From an uncultured virus (IMG/VR IMGVR_UViG_3300035520_000906) (Duplodnaviria > Heunggongvirae > Uroviricota > Caudoviricetes), in the IMG/VR virus record IMGVR_UViG_3300035520_000906: a stretch of DNA of 20,000 nt; one strand, written 5' to 3'. The notes beneath the pieces were generated by a model. That model was not told the origin of the DNA and did not search any database. It was given only the letters and a program-made list of their open reading frames with translations. A program made the translations under genes and the position numbers. How positions within the stretch are numbered: the first letter of the stretch is position 1; each line of letters starts with the position of its first letter. Shown here in pieces: positions 1 to 7,955 of the stretch.

Positions 1-29
1 ATTACTTTCTGTCTCAACCTTACTTAATT

Positions 30-58
30 ATTATATCATCTTTACTTTCTTTTGTCAA
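30..58 (-). promoter_or_regulatory. sigma70/sigmaA-type promoter firing out of the left edge
   Basis: Minus strand reads TTGACA (58-53), 17 nt, TATAAT (35-30), with an extended -10 TGn. Confidence 0.8.
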
Positions 59-122
59 GAACTTTTTAAAACCTTTTTCAAATAAATTTGAAATCAATTT
101 TTATATCCTTAACACATTTATT

Positions 123-151
123 ATATTATCATATAATATTTATTTTGTCAA
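123..151 (-). promoter_or_regulatory. second sigma70-type promoter
   Basis: TTGACA (151-146), 17 nt, TAATAT (128-123) preceded by TGA. Shares the ttttgtcaactactttttt context with the promoter at 720-747. Confidence 0.6.
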
Positions 152-186
152 CTACTTTTTTCAAAAATTTTTTATATTTTGAAAAG

Positions 187-269
187 TGTAGGTAGTGGGA
201 CTTGAACCCACACTCATTAAATGAACAGCATCCTTAGTGCTGCCTGTCTGCCAATTCCAGCATACCTAC
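187..269 (-). tRNA. tRNA-Leu(AAG)
   Basis: Acceptor GTAGGTA/TACCTAC, anticodon arm CAGCA-CTAAGGA-TGCTG, long variable arm, GGTTCAAGTCC T-arm, discriminator A. No CCA encoded. Confidence 0.92.
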
Positions 270-282
270 AAATCTTTATAAG

Positions 283-362
283 TGCTCCCTGAGGGACTTG
301 AACCCTCACCCTCTCGGAACAGATTTTGAATCTGTCGTGTCTGCCTATTCCACCAAAGGAGC
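283..362 (-). tRNA. tRNA-Leu(CAA)
   Basis: Acceptor GCTCCTT/AGGGAGC, anticodon arm ACAGA-TTCAAAA-TCTGT, variable arm, GGTTCAAGTCC T-arm. Confidence 0.93.
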
Positions 363-375
363 TTACTTATTAAAG

Positions 376-452
376 TGGAGCCTACGTGAATCGAACACGC
401 CTGATTTCCTCTTTGCAAGAGAGGTGACCACCCCAATGCAGTCCCAGACCCC
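376..452 (-). tRNA. tRNA-Ala(TGC)
   Basis: Acceptor GGGGTCT/AGGCTCC with the G3-U70 Ala identity pair, anticodon arm CCTCT-CTTGCAA-AGAGG, TTCGATT T-loop. Confidence 0.9.
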
Positions 453-519
453 ATATTACAGGAACCTATTATTCTTTACACCAAAAGAGTTTTAATTGCT
501 GTATGGTTCCCAATATAAA

Positions 520-593
520 TCGACGTTGCCGGATTCGAACCGACGGCCTCTTGATCCCAAATCAAGCGCTCTACCAAACTGAGCCAAACGTCG
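520..593 (-). tRNA. tRNA-Pro(TGG)
   Basis: Acceptor CGACGTT/AACGTCG, anticodon arm CTTGA-TTTGGGA-TCAAG, GGTTCGAATCC T-arm. Confidence 0.94.
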
Positions 594-605
594 TTATTAT
601 TTTAG

Positions 606-684
606 TGTGCCTAGAGGGACTTGAACCCTCACGCCGAAGCAACTGGGCTTAAACCAGTTGTGTCTGCCATTCCACCACAGGCAC
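606..684 (-). tRNA. tRNA-Leu(TAA)
   Basis: Acceptor GTGCCTG/TAGGCAC, anticodon arm ACTGG-TTTAAGC-CCAGT, variable arm with TTCG loop, GGTTCAAGTCC T-arm. Confidence 0.93.
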
Positions 685-719
685 ATTTATTTGTATCTCT
701 TAATCATTTCTACACTCTT

Positions 720-747
720 ATTATACATCATAATTACTTTTTGTCAA
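720..747 (-). promoter_or_regulatory. promoter of the tRNA cluster
   Basis: TTGACA (747-742), 16 nt, TATAAT (725-720), about 35 nt upstream of the first tRNA. Confidence 0.75.
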
Positions 748-819
748 CTACTTTTTTAAAAATTTATTAGAAAAATTTCATAATGTTTTACTAATTTTTA
801 GTTAAGTTTAATAAACATA

Positions 820-915
820 CTAACTGTATTGGTATGTTTCAATGTTTATCAATCTTAAGTTTGTTTTGGCTCCCAATATAGCAGGGTCACCGAGGTCAGC
901 TAATGCGGGGTCCAT
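820..915 (-). CDS. putative 31-aa small protein (MDPALADLGDPAILGAKTNLRLINIETYQYS)
   Basis: Manual translation; AGGAGG Shine-Dalgarno just upstream of the ATG. Too short for the ORF track. Confidence 0.45.
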   Translation of the reverse strand: MDPALADLGDPAILGAKTNLRLINIETYQYS

Positions 916-934
916 CTTGTTTCCTCCTGTACAT

Positions 935-973
935 AAAAATAACCGTTAAGCTCATTCAATGGCTTAACGGTTA
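935..973 (-). terminator. intrinsic terminator
   Basis: Perfect 12-bp stem TAACCGTTAAGC/GCTTAACGGTTA (940-951/962-973) followed by TTTTT on the minus strand. Confidence 0.75.
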
Positions 974-1014
974 GTATCTTTATTATGAAAGTCATTAAAT
1001 TAGCTAAAACCCTA

Positions 1015-1119
1015 TTAAATTTGCACGTTTATAAGACCTATCAAAGCTAATATTGATAGGTTTGCTAGTGCTGCGGGTAAGCTAACTATGCTATTTACAT
1101 TATTTCTAATGCAATCCAT
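1015..1119 (-). CDS. putative 34-aa hydrophobic small protein (MDCIRNNVNSIVSLPAALANLSILALIGLINVQI)
   Basis: Manual translation; AAGGAG RBS 8 nt before the ATG; hydrophobic C-terminal half. Confidence 0.45.
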   Translation of the reverse strand: MDCIRNNVNSIVSLPAALANLSILALIGLINVQI

Positions 1120-1174
1120 GACTTTTTCTCCTTAAATATTTATTAAAAACATACTTTTATTATGTGAATGTAGT

Positions 1175-2368
1175 TTATTTCGTCTTTAATTTTTCTCTCA
1201 GGCTTTCACAATCTATTTGTCCAAGCTTTCTTTGTTTCTTTAATTCACTTATGCATTCTCTTATCTTTATATCTCTAATTGAATCAACACTTATAGCTGT
1301 TACATATGATGTTTCTAATTCAGTACTTATGTATAAACTTTGTAATCTCTCAAGCCTCATAAAATTTGTAACTGATAATGATTTTAAATTCTTAGGAAAC
1401 TTAACATCAACTGGATATGTATTCATAAATATTCCATCATGCAACTTCTCTATTTTTGTATCGTATATATCTATGATTTCTAATGGAGTAAATTTGAATG
1501 CCTGACTACCTATCAATCTTAAATCTCCACTTATAGAAATTTTATGTATGTGAGATGTTAAGAATGCTCCAGTTCCTATTATACTAAGTTTATCATTAAA
1601 ATCTACTGTCAAATCACACTCTGAGCAATATGCAAATGCAAAATCTCCAATCTCTGTTACATTGTCTCCTAATCTAACATAAGATAGTCCTTTACAATTT
1701 GCAAATGCTGTTTTACCTATTTTTTCTACTGAATTACCTATGTAAATACTTTTTATATGTGTATCACAAAAAGATTTGTCTGCTATGTATTTTACAAAGT
1801 CAGGTATTACTAGCTGACTATTTATGTCTTTGCTATTTCTATATCCTGTAACTACTAATTCATTGTACAAGTCAAAATCATAAGATAATGTACTCTTACC
1901 AGTCATTGCTAATTTATAATTATATGATTCCATCTTATAAATTAGATATGCTCGTTTATTTATTGTAGGTATCTTACCAAATTTAGTTGTTATACCATTA
2001 CCAACAAATTGAATACCACTAAACTTATCTCTGTTGCTCTTTATTTCTTGTAATGTCATTCTTCTTAAAATACAATTATTATCTGCCACTAGATATGCTC
2101 CATCTTGGAATTTAAAAAGAATAACTAATTTATTTCTTAGGTCTACTACTGTACCTTTTCTATTATAGTTTACAAGTATTATCTTTTTATATTTACTGTC
2201 TGGTACGTAATGTTCTGCCTTTACTGCTTTCCCACTTTGTATCATACTATCTATTTCGTATTGAGTTATACTTGTTATTGTCATATAATTTGTATTTATT
2301 GCACTATATATTTCTCCATAGGGTTCTTCTGATGCTTTATATAATATAATTGTATAATTACTATTCAC
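1175..2368 (-). CDS. BspA-type leucine-rich repeat (LRR_5) protein
   Basis: Repeats such as IPDFVKYIADKSF, IGNSVEKIGKTAFANC, LGDNVTEIGDFAFAYC and LSIIGTGAF; GTG start with GGAGG RBS. Confidence 0.85.
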   Translation of the reverse strand: MNSNYTIILYKASEEPYGEIYSAINTNYMTITSITQYEIDSMIQSGKAVKAEHYVPDSKYKKIILVNYNRKGTVVDLRNKLVILFKFQDGAYLVADNNCILRRMTLQEIKSNRDKFSGIQFVGNGITTKFGKIPTINKRAYLIYKMESYNYKLAMTGKSTLSYDFDLYNELVVTGYRNSKDINSQLVIPDFVKYIADKSFCDTHIKSIYIGNSVEKIGKTAFANCKGLSYVRLGDNVTEIGDFAFAYCSECDLTVDFNDKLSIIGTGAFLTSHIHKISISGDLRLIGSQAFKFTPLEIIDIYDTKIEKLHDGIFMNTYPVDVKFPKNLKSLSVTNFMRLERLQSLYISTELETSYVTAISVDSIRDIKIRECISELKKQRKLGQIDCESLREKLKTK

Positions 2369-2395
2369 TTTGCACCTCCCTATAATTTTGATTGT

Positions 2396-3190
2396 TTATC
2401 TTTTAAATAAGCTGAATATTGACACTTTCTTATCTTTATCTCCAGGATATTCTGTCTCAATAAGTTTGTTAGCTGTCATTTTATTTTTTATTGATTGCTT
2501 TCTATAATTGTTTTTATAGGTATCTCTAAGTCTTACTTCAAATTCACTTAATATATCTCTGCTACCACACCTATAAACCTTAACTTCAACTGTACTCTTA
2601 AACACATCAGATATGTCTACTTGATTTGATTTGGTTTCTATCTCACCCTCATGTATTTCAGTTGAGTCACTTCTATCTGATACATCATCATTGTATCTTA
2701 TAATTACTTTTAAATTTTCAGGTTTTTGATTATTTACATTAAATAGTATATTGTAATCTGAAAAATAGTATGTTCCATTCTCAGTCATGTCACCATAATA
2801 TCTTGTTCCGCAGTCTACTTTATTTATTATTTTAACATCTGCATTATACTTATACATACCGAGTAATGCAGCAGCTTTTACTGCTATATCATCTATTTCT
2901 GCAAAGGTGTCTTTCGGATTTTTTCTTGTAGGTGCATCCTTAGTTGCATGCTCACCCTTAAATTCTTTTCTCAAACTGAAATCTGATGAGTCACTTATTT
3001 TTGGTGTTGTTGACATTAATCTTCCATCTGATGTTAATGTTAAATTATCAACTTTTAGTTTATTTGATGCTATTAAATTTTTTAACTCAGTTGCACCTAT
3101 GTCCTGTATATTTCTGTTAGCATCTTGTAGTTTGTATCCTATTATTTTTCCTGTATTGTCTCTAAATTTATATATACAGGTTACTTCCAT
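2396..3190 (-). CDS. hypothetical protein (264 aa) with the shared N-terminal module
   Basis: Intact ORF, AGGAGG RBS; first ~60 aa align by eye with the N-terminus of the 1396-aa protein. Confidence 0.85.
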   Translation of the reverse strand: MEVTCIYKFRDNTGKIIGYKLQDANRNIQDIGATELKNLIASNKLKVDNLTLTSDGRLMSTTPKISDSSDFSLRKEFKGEHATKDAPTRKNPKDTFAEIDDIAVKAAALLGMYKYNADVKIINKVDCGTRYYGDMTENGTYYFSDYNILFNVNNQKPENLKVIIRYNDDVSDRSDSTEIHEGEIETKSNQVDISDVFKSTVEVKVYRCGSRDILSEFEVRLRDTYKNNYRKQSIKNKMTANKLIETEYPGDKDKKVSIFSLFKR

Positions 3191-3211
3191 TTCTATACTA
3201 CCTCCTTAAAT

Positions 3212-4459
3212 CTATCTGTTTAGTTCAATTACCTCCATGAAATAATCATAATCTTGCCTGTATAAACTGTACATTTCCACTAAGCTTATCCAACCAAGTC
3301 TATGAAATTCTTCTTCTGTTATTGCTTTGTAATTTGCTTTATTATGTTTTCCAGTTTTCATAGCTCGTAATGTATCTTTAGTGTATAAGTCTATTTCCTT
3401 TAAAGATTTAGTTGTTGATATTCTAGGAAATGAATACATTGCCCAACCAAATGTTGTATCATTACTTATTGCACAAAATAAATTTTTATTATTAAGCTGT
3501 CTTATTATTCTTCTTGCTACTATTTCAAATGACTCATGATCTTTTTCAATACATATTCTACCTTTTCTACACCATCTATGTATTTGTTTCTTAATCTTTT
3601 GTTTTGCATGGTCAGATATGTCTATCTTCCCATCGCCCATTAGCTTAAGTCCTAAATACTCTATGTCATCTCCAGGCTCGAACCATGTATATTTTTCTGG
3701 ATTCATTGTTAATCCATACTGCTCCAAAAAATCAATTATTATATCTAAGTCTTTTTGTAAATCCTCTTTTGACTTATCTAAAACTATTATGTCATCACTA
3801 TATCTTGCATATACCTTATTTTTATCTTCAAAGTATTCATCACAAGGTTTTAAACACCAATTTGCAAAGAAGCTTCCAAATGCACACCCAGGAATTAATG
3901 CCTTCCATTCTTCAATTTCTTTGCCGTTCCACATAACTTTATCAGATAACATTAAATTTTCAACAGTCTTTTTTAATCCCCCATTGAATAATTCATTTAT
4001 CATTTCAGCAACCTTTTCTCTTGAAACGCTGTTGAAATAAGCATGTATGTCAACCTTTACACCAAATCTAAGTTCATCATTTCTATTATCCTTGATGTAT
4101 TGAATTGCATGACCTGTACTTTCACCAGTTTTATATGAAAAGCAACTCTTTGATATGTCATCCCTGTAAAAAGCACTGACTGCTCTATATAAAACTCCCA
4201 GAACATATCTATCTTCTATGTTATAAATATAGACAACTCTTTTCTTTTTACTCTCATGCTTTGCTATTTCAACTCTTCGTGGTATTGACCACTCATATTC
4301 ACCTGACATTAACTTATTTATTATATCATCTTTATAAATTTCTTTAAGCTGCCATATCTTATCCTTATCTTCTTTAGAAAACCCTTGCTTGAGAATCATT
4401 TTGTTATATGTATCTTCCCAATACTTTTGGTTTTCTAATTCTTTTCTTATTGCTTCCAT
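3212..4459 (-). CDS. RNA-dependent DNA polymerase (stand-alone reverse transcriptase, group II-like/unknown-group type)
   Basis: RT motifs in order: PRRVEIAK..KKR....EDR, CFSYK, KVDIHAYFNSV, LIPG...SFFAN, YARYSDDI (YSDD at 3802-3791), GLTMNPEK, EYLG. Confidence 0.95.
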   Translation of the reverse strand: MEAIRKELENQKYWEDTYNKMILKQGFSKEDKDKIWQLKEIYKDDIINKLMSGEYEWSIPRRVEIAKHESKKKRVVYIYNIEDRYVLGVLYRAVSAFYRDDISKSCFSYKTGESTGHAIQYIKDNRNDELRFGVKVDIHAYFNSVSREKVAEMINELFNGGLKKTVENLMLSDKVMWNGKEIEEWKALIPGCAFGSFFANWCLKPCDEYFEDKNKVYARYSDDIIVLDKSKEDLQKDLDIIIDFLEQYGLTMNPEKYTWFEPGDDIEYLGLKLMGDGKIDISDHAKQKIKKQIHRWCRKGRICIEKDHESFEIVARRIIRQLNNKNLFCAISNDTTFGWAMYSFPRISTTKSLKEIDLYTKDTLRAMKTGKHNKANYKAITEEEFHRLGWISLVEMYSLYRQDYDYFMEVIELNR

Positions 4460-4481
4460 ATATTTAACCTATGTTTTTTCT

Positions 4482-5012
4482 TTATGCTCTCAATAATTGA
4501 TTCTTTGTCATCCACTCTGTTTTACCATTGAGTGTTACTCTATATATTAAGTATCCTAGACCATTTGTAGATGAACCATTGAATTTTAATCCAAGCTGTT
4601 TTAATTTGTTATCCATCTCTTCATCATGTATACCATTCTGATAACTTAGCTCTTCTAGTGCTTCTTCCTGTTTCTCTGATTCTATTCTCTGCCTCTCTGA
4701 TTCTATTCTATGCATTTGTGTTGCTACTTTACTTAAATACTCTGTTATTACATTTATATTATATACGTAATAATATTTATGCTTTATGTTTTCTATTATG
4801 TCTAATAGTGATACTGTTATGTTAAACTGTCCATCACTGTAATCATCTATGACCAACTTTATGTCAGCCTCTGATTTAACTTCACTAGGTTTTGTACTAA
4901 TACTCTTTACTACTATTGCAACCTCTCTAGCTGCTTCTGGTGAACCATATTTTATAGTGAACTTTTTCTGTACTATCGTGTTTATTCTTTTTAATTCTGA
5001 CGTATTAATCAT
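4482..5012 (-). CDS. hypothetical protein (~176 aa)
   Basis: ORF track gives 4482-5048; start moved to the ATG at 5012 because it follows AGGAGGG and removes the overlap with the upstream gene. Confidence 0.75.
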   Translation of the reverse strand: MINTSELKRINTIVQKKFTIKYGSPEAAREVAIVVKSISTKPSEVKSEADIKLVIDDYSDGQFNITVSLLDIIENIKHKYYYVYNINVITEYLSKVATQMHRIESERQRIESEKQEEALEELSYQNGIHDEEMDNKLKQLGLKFNGSSTNGLGYLIYRVTLNGKTEWMTKNQLLRA

Positions 5013-5035
5013 AACAGTATCCCTCCTATATATTA

Positions 5036-5278
5036 CTATTCCCAGCACTTATATAGTGCACCAGGATTATCTACATATCTTTCTCCCCATTGTACCCAGT
5101 TTACAACATCAGATATAGCTGCATAATCTGAACTCATAATTGAATAGTCATCATATCTTACTAAATAACCTCCCATTACACTACTGTCTTTTGTTACTCT
5201 GGTTACTTTAAGGCAATGTCTTTTGTCTAATTGTCTGTGCATTAAACTGTTTAAGTTCATGAATTCATCGTAGCTCAT
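5036..5278 (-). CDS. hypothetical protein (80 aa)
   Basis: Intact ORF with GGAGGA RBS, co-oriented in the operon-like run. Confidence 0.75.
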   Translation of the reverse strand: MSYDEFMNLNSLMHRQLDKRHCLKVTRVTKDSSVMGGYLVRYDDYSIMSSDYAAISDVVNWVQWGERYVDNPGALYKCWE

Positions 5279-5305
5279 TGTTCTATCCTCCAGATTCTTA
5301 TTATT

Positions 5306-6694
5306 TTAATAAGTTGTTTTCATTCGAGCTGCTGCTGCCATTGACAATCTGCTTCGTACTGTATCATCCTCTGCAAATGTAATTTGTGCAGTTCCTATGT
5401 CACCTTTCATTCTTTCAGCAGTAAACACTAAACCATTATTATGCTTATCAAGATATCTTGCATCAATCTGGTCTGGGTCACCAAGCAGTACTACTTTTGT
5501 TCCATCTGCTGCTCTAGTTACAACCTCGAGTGCTTGACTTGCTGTCATGTTCTGAGCCTCATCTACAATAAGAAACTTATCTTCAAGTGATGCTCCTCTT
5601 AAGTATCCTACAGCTTCAATCTCAACAATCTCATTGCCAAGTACATATTGAATCTGCTGTTTTGCATTTTCCTTATCCTTTTCCTTTCCTTCAAATATCT
5701 TTTTCATATTGTCATAGAAAGGTCTAAGCAATGGGTTCATTTTTTCTTCCAAGTCACCAGGTAATGCACCTAAGTCATTATCAGACTGAACATTTGTCCT
5801 TGTAATTATCATGGACTCATATTCTCCACCATTACGCTGATACTTATATGTTCTACCCATACTTGTATAGGTCTTCTCTAAACCACAAGCTTCAGCTAAA
5901 AATGTTTTACCTGTACCTGCTGTTCCCATTACGATTACAAGTGAAATTTCACTTGTTGGTGCCAGTAATGCGTGCATTAACATTTTCTGCTTGAAGTTTC
6001 TTCCCTTAATACCATTGTAACCTACTAACTTTTCATCTCGTAGTATGTAAATTGTTCCACTTCTGTGATATGCTAATGCGTGTTTGTTTGTGCCATCGTT
6101 AGATGAGATATTGATATACTCATTTTCCTCTAAGTTATCAAGATCTGTTTTATCTGTTATATCTACTAAGTCTATATGACCATTACTATAAAGTTTGTCT
6201 ATGTCTGAACCAAATAAATTTGCTTCTCTAAATCCAGAGTATGTATAGTCATAAGTTATTGATTCATTCTTATATTCCTGAACCTCAATTCCTATGTCGT
6301 CACACTTAATCATCATATCCACATCACTGGTTACAATGATTACTTTCTGGTCAGGATGCTCTTCCTGAAGTAACATTGCTGTTGCAATAATTTTATTATC
6401 ATTGATTGTTAATGGATATTCAGCTGGCATGTTATTGGACATACCATGTTTTGTCATTAAAGTACCACCGTTTAGTAGTTTTACTCCATCGGATAACTTC
6501 CCCTTCCTTCTTAATTCCTTAAGTATTCTTAATGTTTCTCTTGAGTTAAACCCAACACTATTATGTGCATCCTTGTATTTATTAAGCTCCTCAATTACAG
6601 TAGCTGTTACAACTACTATATTATCATCGAAGCCTGTTAATGCGTTGAAGGATTTCATAAAGATGTTTGAGTCAATGACGAAGTATTTTACCAT
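5306..6694 (-). CDS. phoH: PhoH-family protein with N-terminal PIN domain (PhoH2/YlaK-like)
   Basis: PIN motifs VIDSN, VIEEL, NDNKII and TSD; Walker A GTAGTGKT; LGALPGDLEEKM, YLRG, DEAQN, TR, GDPDQID and VRS. Confidence 0.95.
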   Translation of the reverse strand: MVKYFVIDSNIFMKSFNALTGFDDNIVVVTATVIEELNKYKDAHNSVGFNSRETLRILKELRRKGKLSDGVKLLNGGTLMTKHGMSNNMPAEYPLTINDNKIIATAMLLQEEHPDQKVIIVTSDVDMMIKCDDIGIEVQEYKNESITYDYTYSGFREANLFGSDIDKLYSNGHIDLVDITDKTDLDNLEENEYINISSNDGTNKHALAYHRSGTIYILRDEKLVGYNGIKGRNFKQKMLMHALLAPTSEISLVIVMGTAGTGKTFLAEACGLEKTYTSMGRTYKYQRNGGEYESMIITRTNVQSDNDLGALPGDLEEKMNPLLRPFYDNMKKIFEGKEKDKENAKQQIQYVLGNEIVEIEAVGYLRGASLEDKFLIVDEAQNMTASQALEVVTRAADGTKVVLLGDPDQIDARYLDKHNNGLVFTAERMKGDIGTAQITFAEDDTVRSRLSMAAAARMKTTY

Positions 6695-7106
6695 GTTGTT
6701 ACCTTCCTTACTTTTAAATTTCTTCTATCACTAATGCTATGTGATATGATTAAAAAATGTCCAATATTCAATTTTTTTAAATTAACTTAAAATAATTTCA
6801 AGTATTATGTAATGCATCATCTATTTTAATAGTTAGTTAGTGTGTCAGATACTATATCTTTCATTATGATTTTCAGTATGTTATTATAGTTATGTGTGTT
6901 GTTTTTCATTTCCAAATTATGATCTGATATGACATACCCATTATCATTCTCATATATAGTGTAAAATCAATACTTATTCTCCCAATCTTACTGTTTTTGT
7001 GTATTCAAAATTTACAGTTTAACATAAATATCAACTAGTTTTTATTTTAAATCCCTTGGTTACCCCTTTAAATTGCTTATACACACATTTTTATTATTTT
7101 AAAATT

Positions 7107-7149
7107 AAAAACTACTATATGTCCAACTTATGTTAGTCAAAATAGTAGT
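7107..7149 (-). terminator. possible terminator after the methyltransferase
   Basis: ACTACTAT/ATAGTAGT inverted repeat (7111-7118/7142-7149) followed by a T run on the minus strand; large loop. Confidence 0.4.
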
Positions 7150-7168
7150 ATTTATACTGTGTTTTTGT

Positions 7169-7921
7169 TTATTGTAAATTTATGTTTGCTATAAATATTT
7201 CTTTATATGCATGACCATATAATGGTCTTTCTTTAATTTCCATATTGAAATGTTTATACATATCTATTATGTTACCATCATAATTATATCTTACTATCCA
7301 TTTTCCTGAAATGTTTTGTAATAAGTCTCTTAATGCTTCATGATTAAACTGTGATGAATTACATCTATAATACTTATCTATGTTACTTATAGGATATGGT
7401 GGATCCACCATAAAAAATGTGTTTTTACCATCATACTTCTGTATACACTCAAAACAATCATTGTTATCTATTGCTGAATCCATAATTCTTATAGAAGTTT
7501 CTATGAAGCTATTTCTCTTATTTTCTAGATTATCTATACTTATTAATGATTTACCTCTTAATGTAATACTGTGTCTGTATAAATATTCATATGCTGCTAG
7601 TTTATAATTGGCATGTGTATCCTGATATTTGCTTAGTATTGATTGTTGTTGTTCTATGTTATCTATACATTCTAGTTGTTTATACATACTTAATATTTCT
7701 GTATACACTCTTTCAGCATCTGTCTGTATACATTTCCAGAAATTATAAACTTTGTAATCTTTGTCATTTATCACAGTTTTATGTAGAAACCCCTCATCCA
7801 TTAAGTTTATTCCGCAACTAAAACTGCCTGAGAAGGGTTCCACATAAGTATCTATACTGTCATCTACATATTTTCTTATATGTATATTATGCATGCTTCC
7901 TGTGTATCTTAATATACTCAT
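7169..7921 (-). CDS. Dam-like (D12 class) DNA adenine methyltransferase, orphan
   Basis: YVEPFSGS (SAM-binding motif I), VINDKD..VYNFW and FMVDPPY (motif IV). No recognisable restriction endonuclease adjacent. Confidence 0.88.
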   Translation of the reverse strand: MSILRYTGSMHNIHIRKYVDDSIDTYVEPFSGSFSCGINLMDEGFLHKTVINDKDYKVYNFWKCIQTDAERVYTEILSMYKQLECIDNIEQQQSILSKYQDTHANYKLAAYEYLYRHSITLRGKSLISIDNLENKRNSFIETSIRIMDSAIDNNDCFECIQKYDGKNTFFMVDPPYPISNIDKYYRCNSSQFNHEALRDLLQNISGKWIVRYNYDGNIIDMYKHFNMEIKERPLYGHAYKEIFIANINLQ

Positions 7922-7955
7922 GGCTTTTTATTATTCTCCTAAATCTATTTTTCCT

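Noticed and set aside
266..495. ORFs 266-454 (-) and 298-495 (+)
   Set aside because: They overlap well-formed tRNA genes.
1175..4459. Diversity-generating retroelement targeting the LRR gene
   Set aside because: I found no TR/VR pair differing at adenines and no Avd-like gene, and the RT lacks DGR motifs. Differences between array units are not adenine-specific.
3191..4481. Group II intron or classical retron around the RT
   Set aside because: Only ~21-22 nt of intergenic space on each side, no domain V/VI or msr-msd, and no VTG or NAxxH motifs.
6695..7168. ncRNA or origin in the 470-nt intergenic gap
   Set aside because: Very AT-rich, with no iterons or stable structure beyond a weak terminator. 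The ACACATTTTTATT match to 14072-14084 is too low-complexity to rely on.
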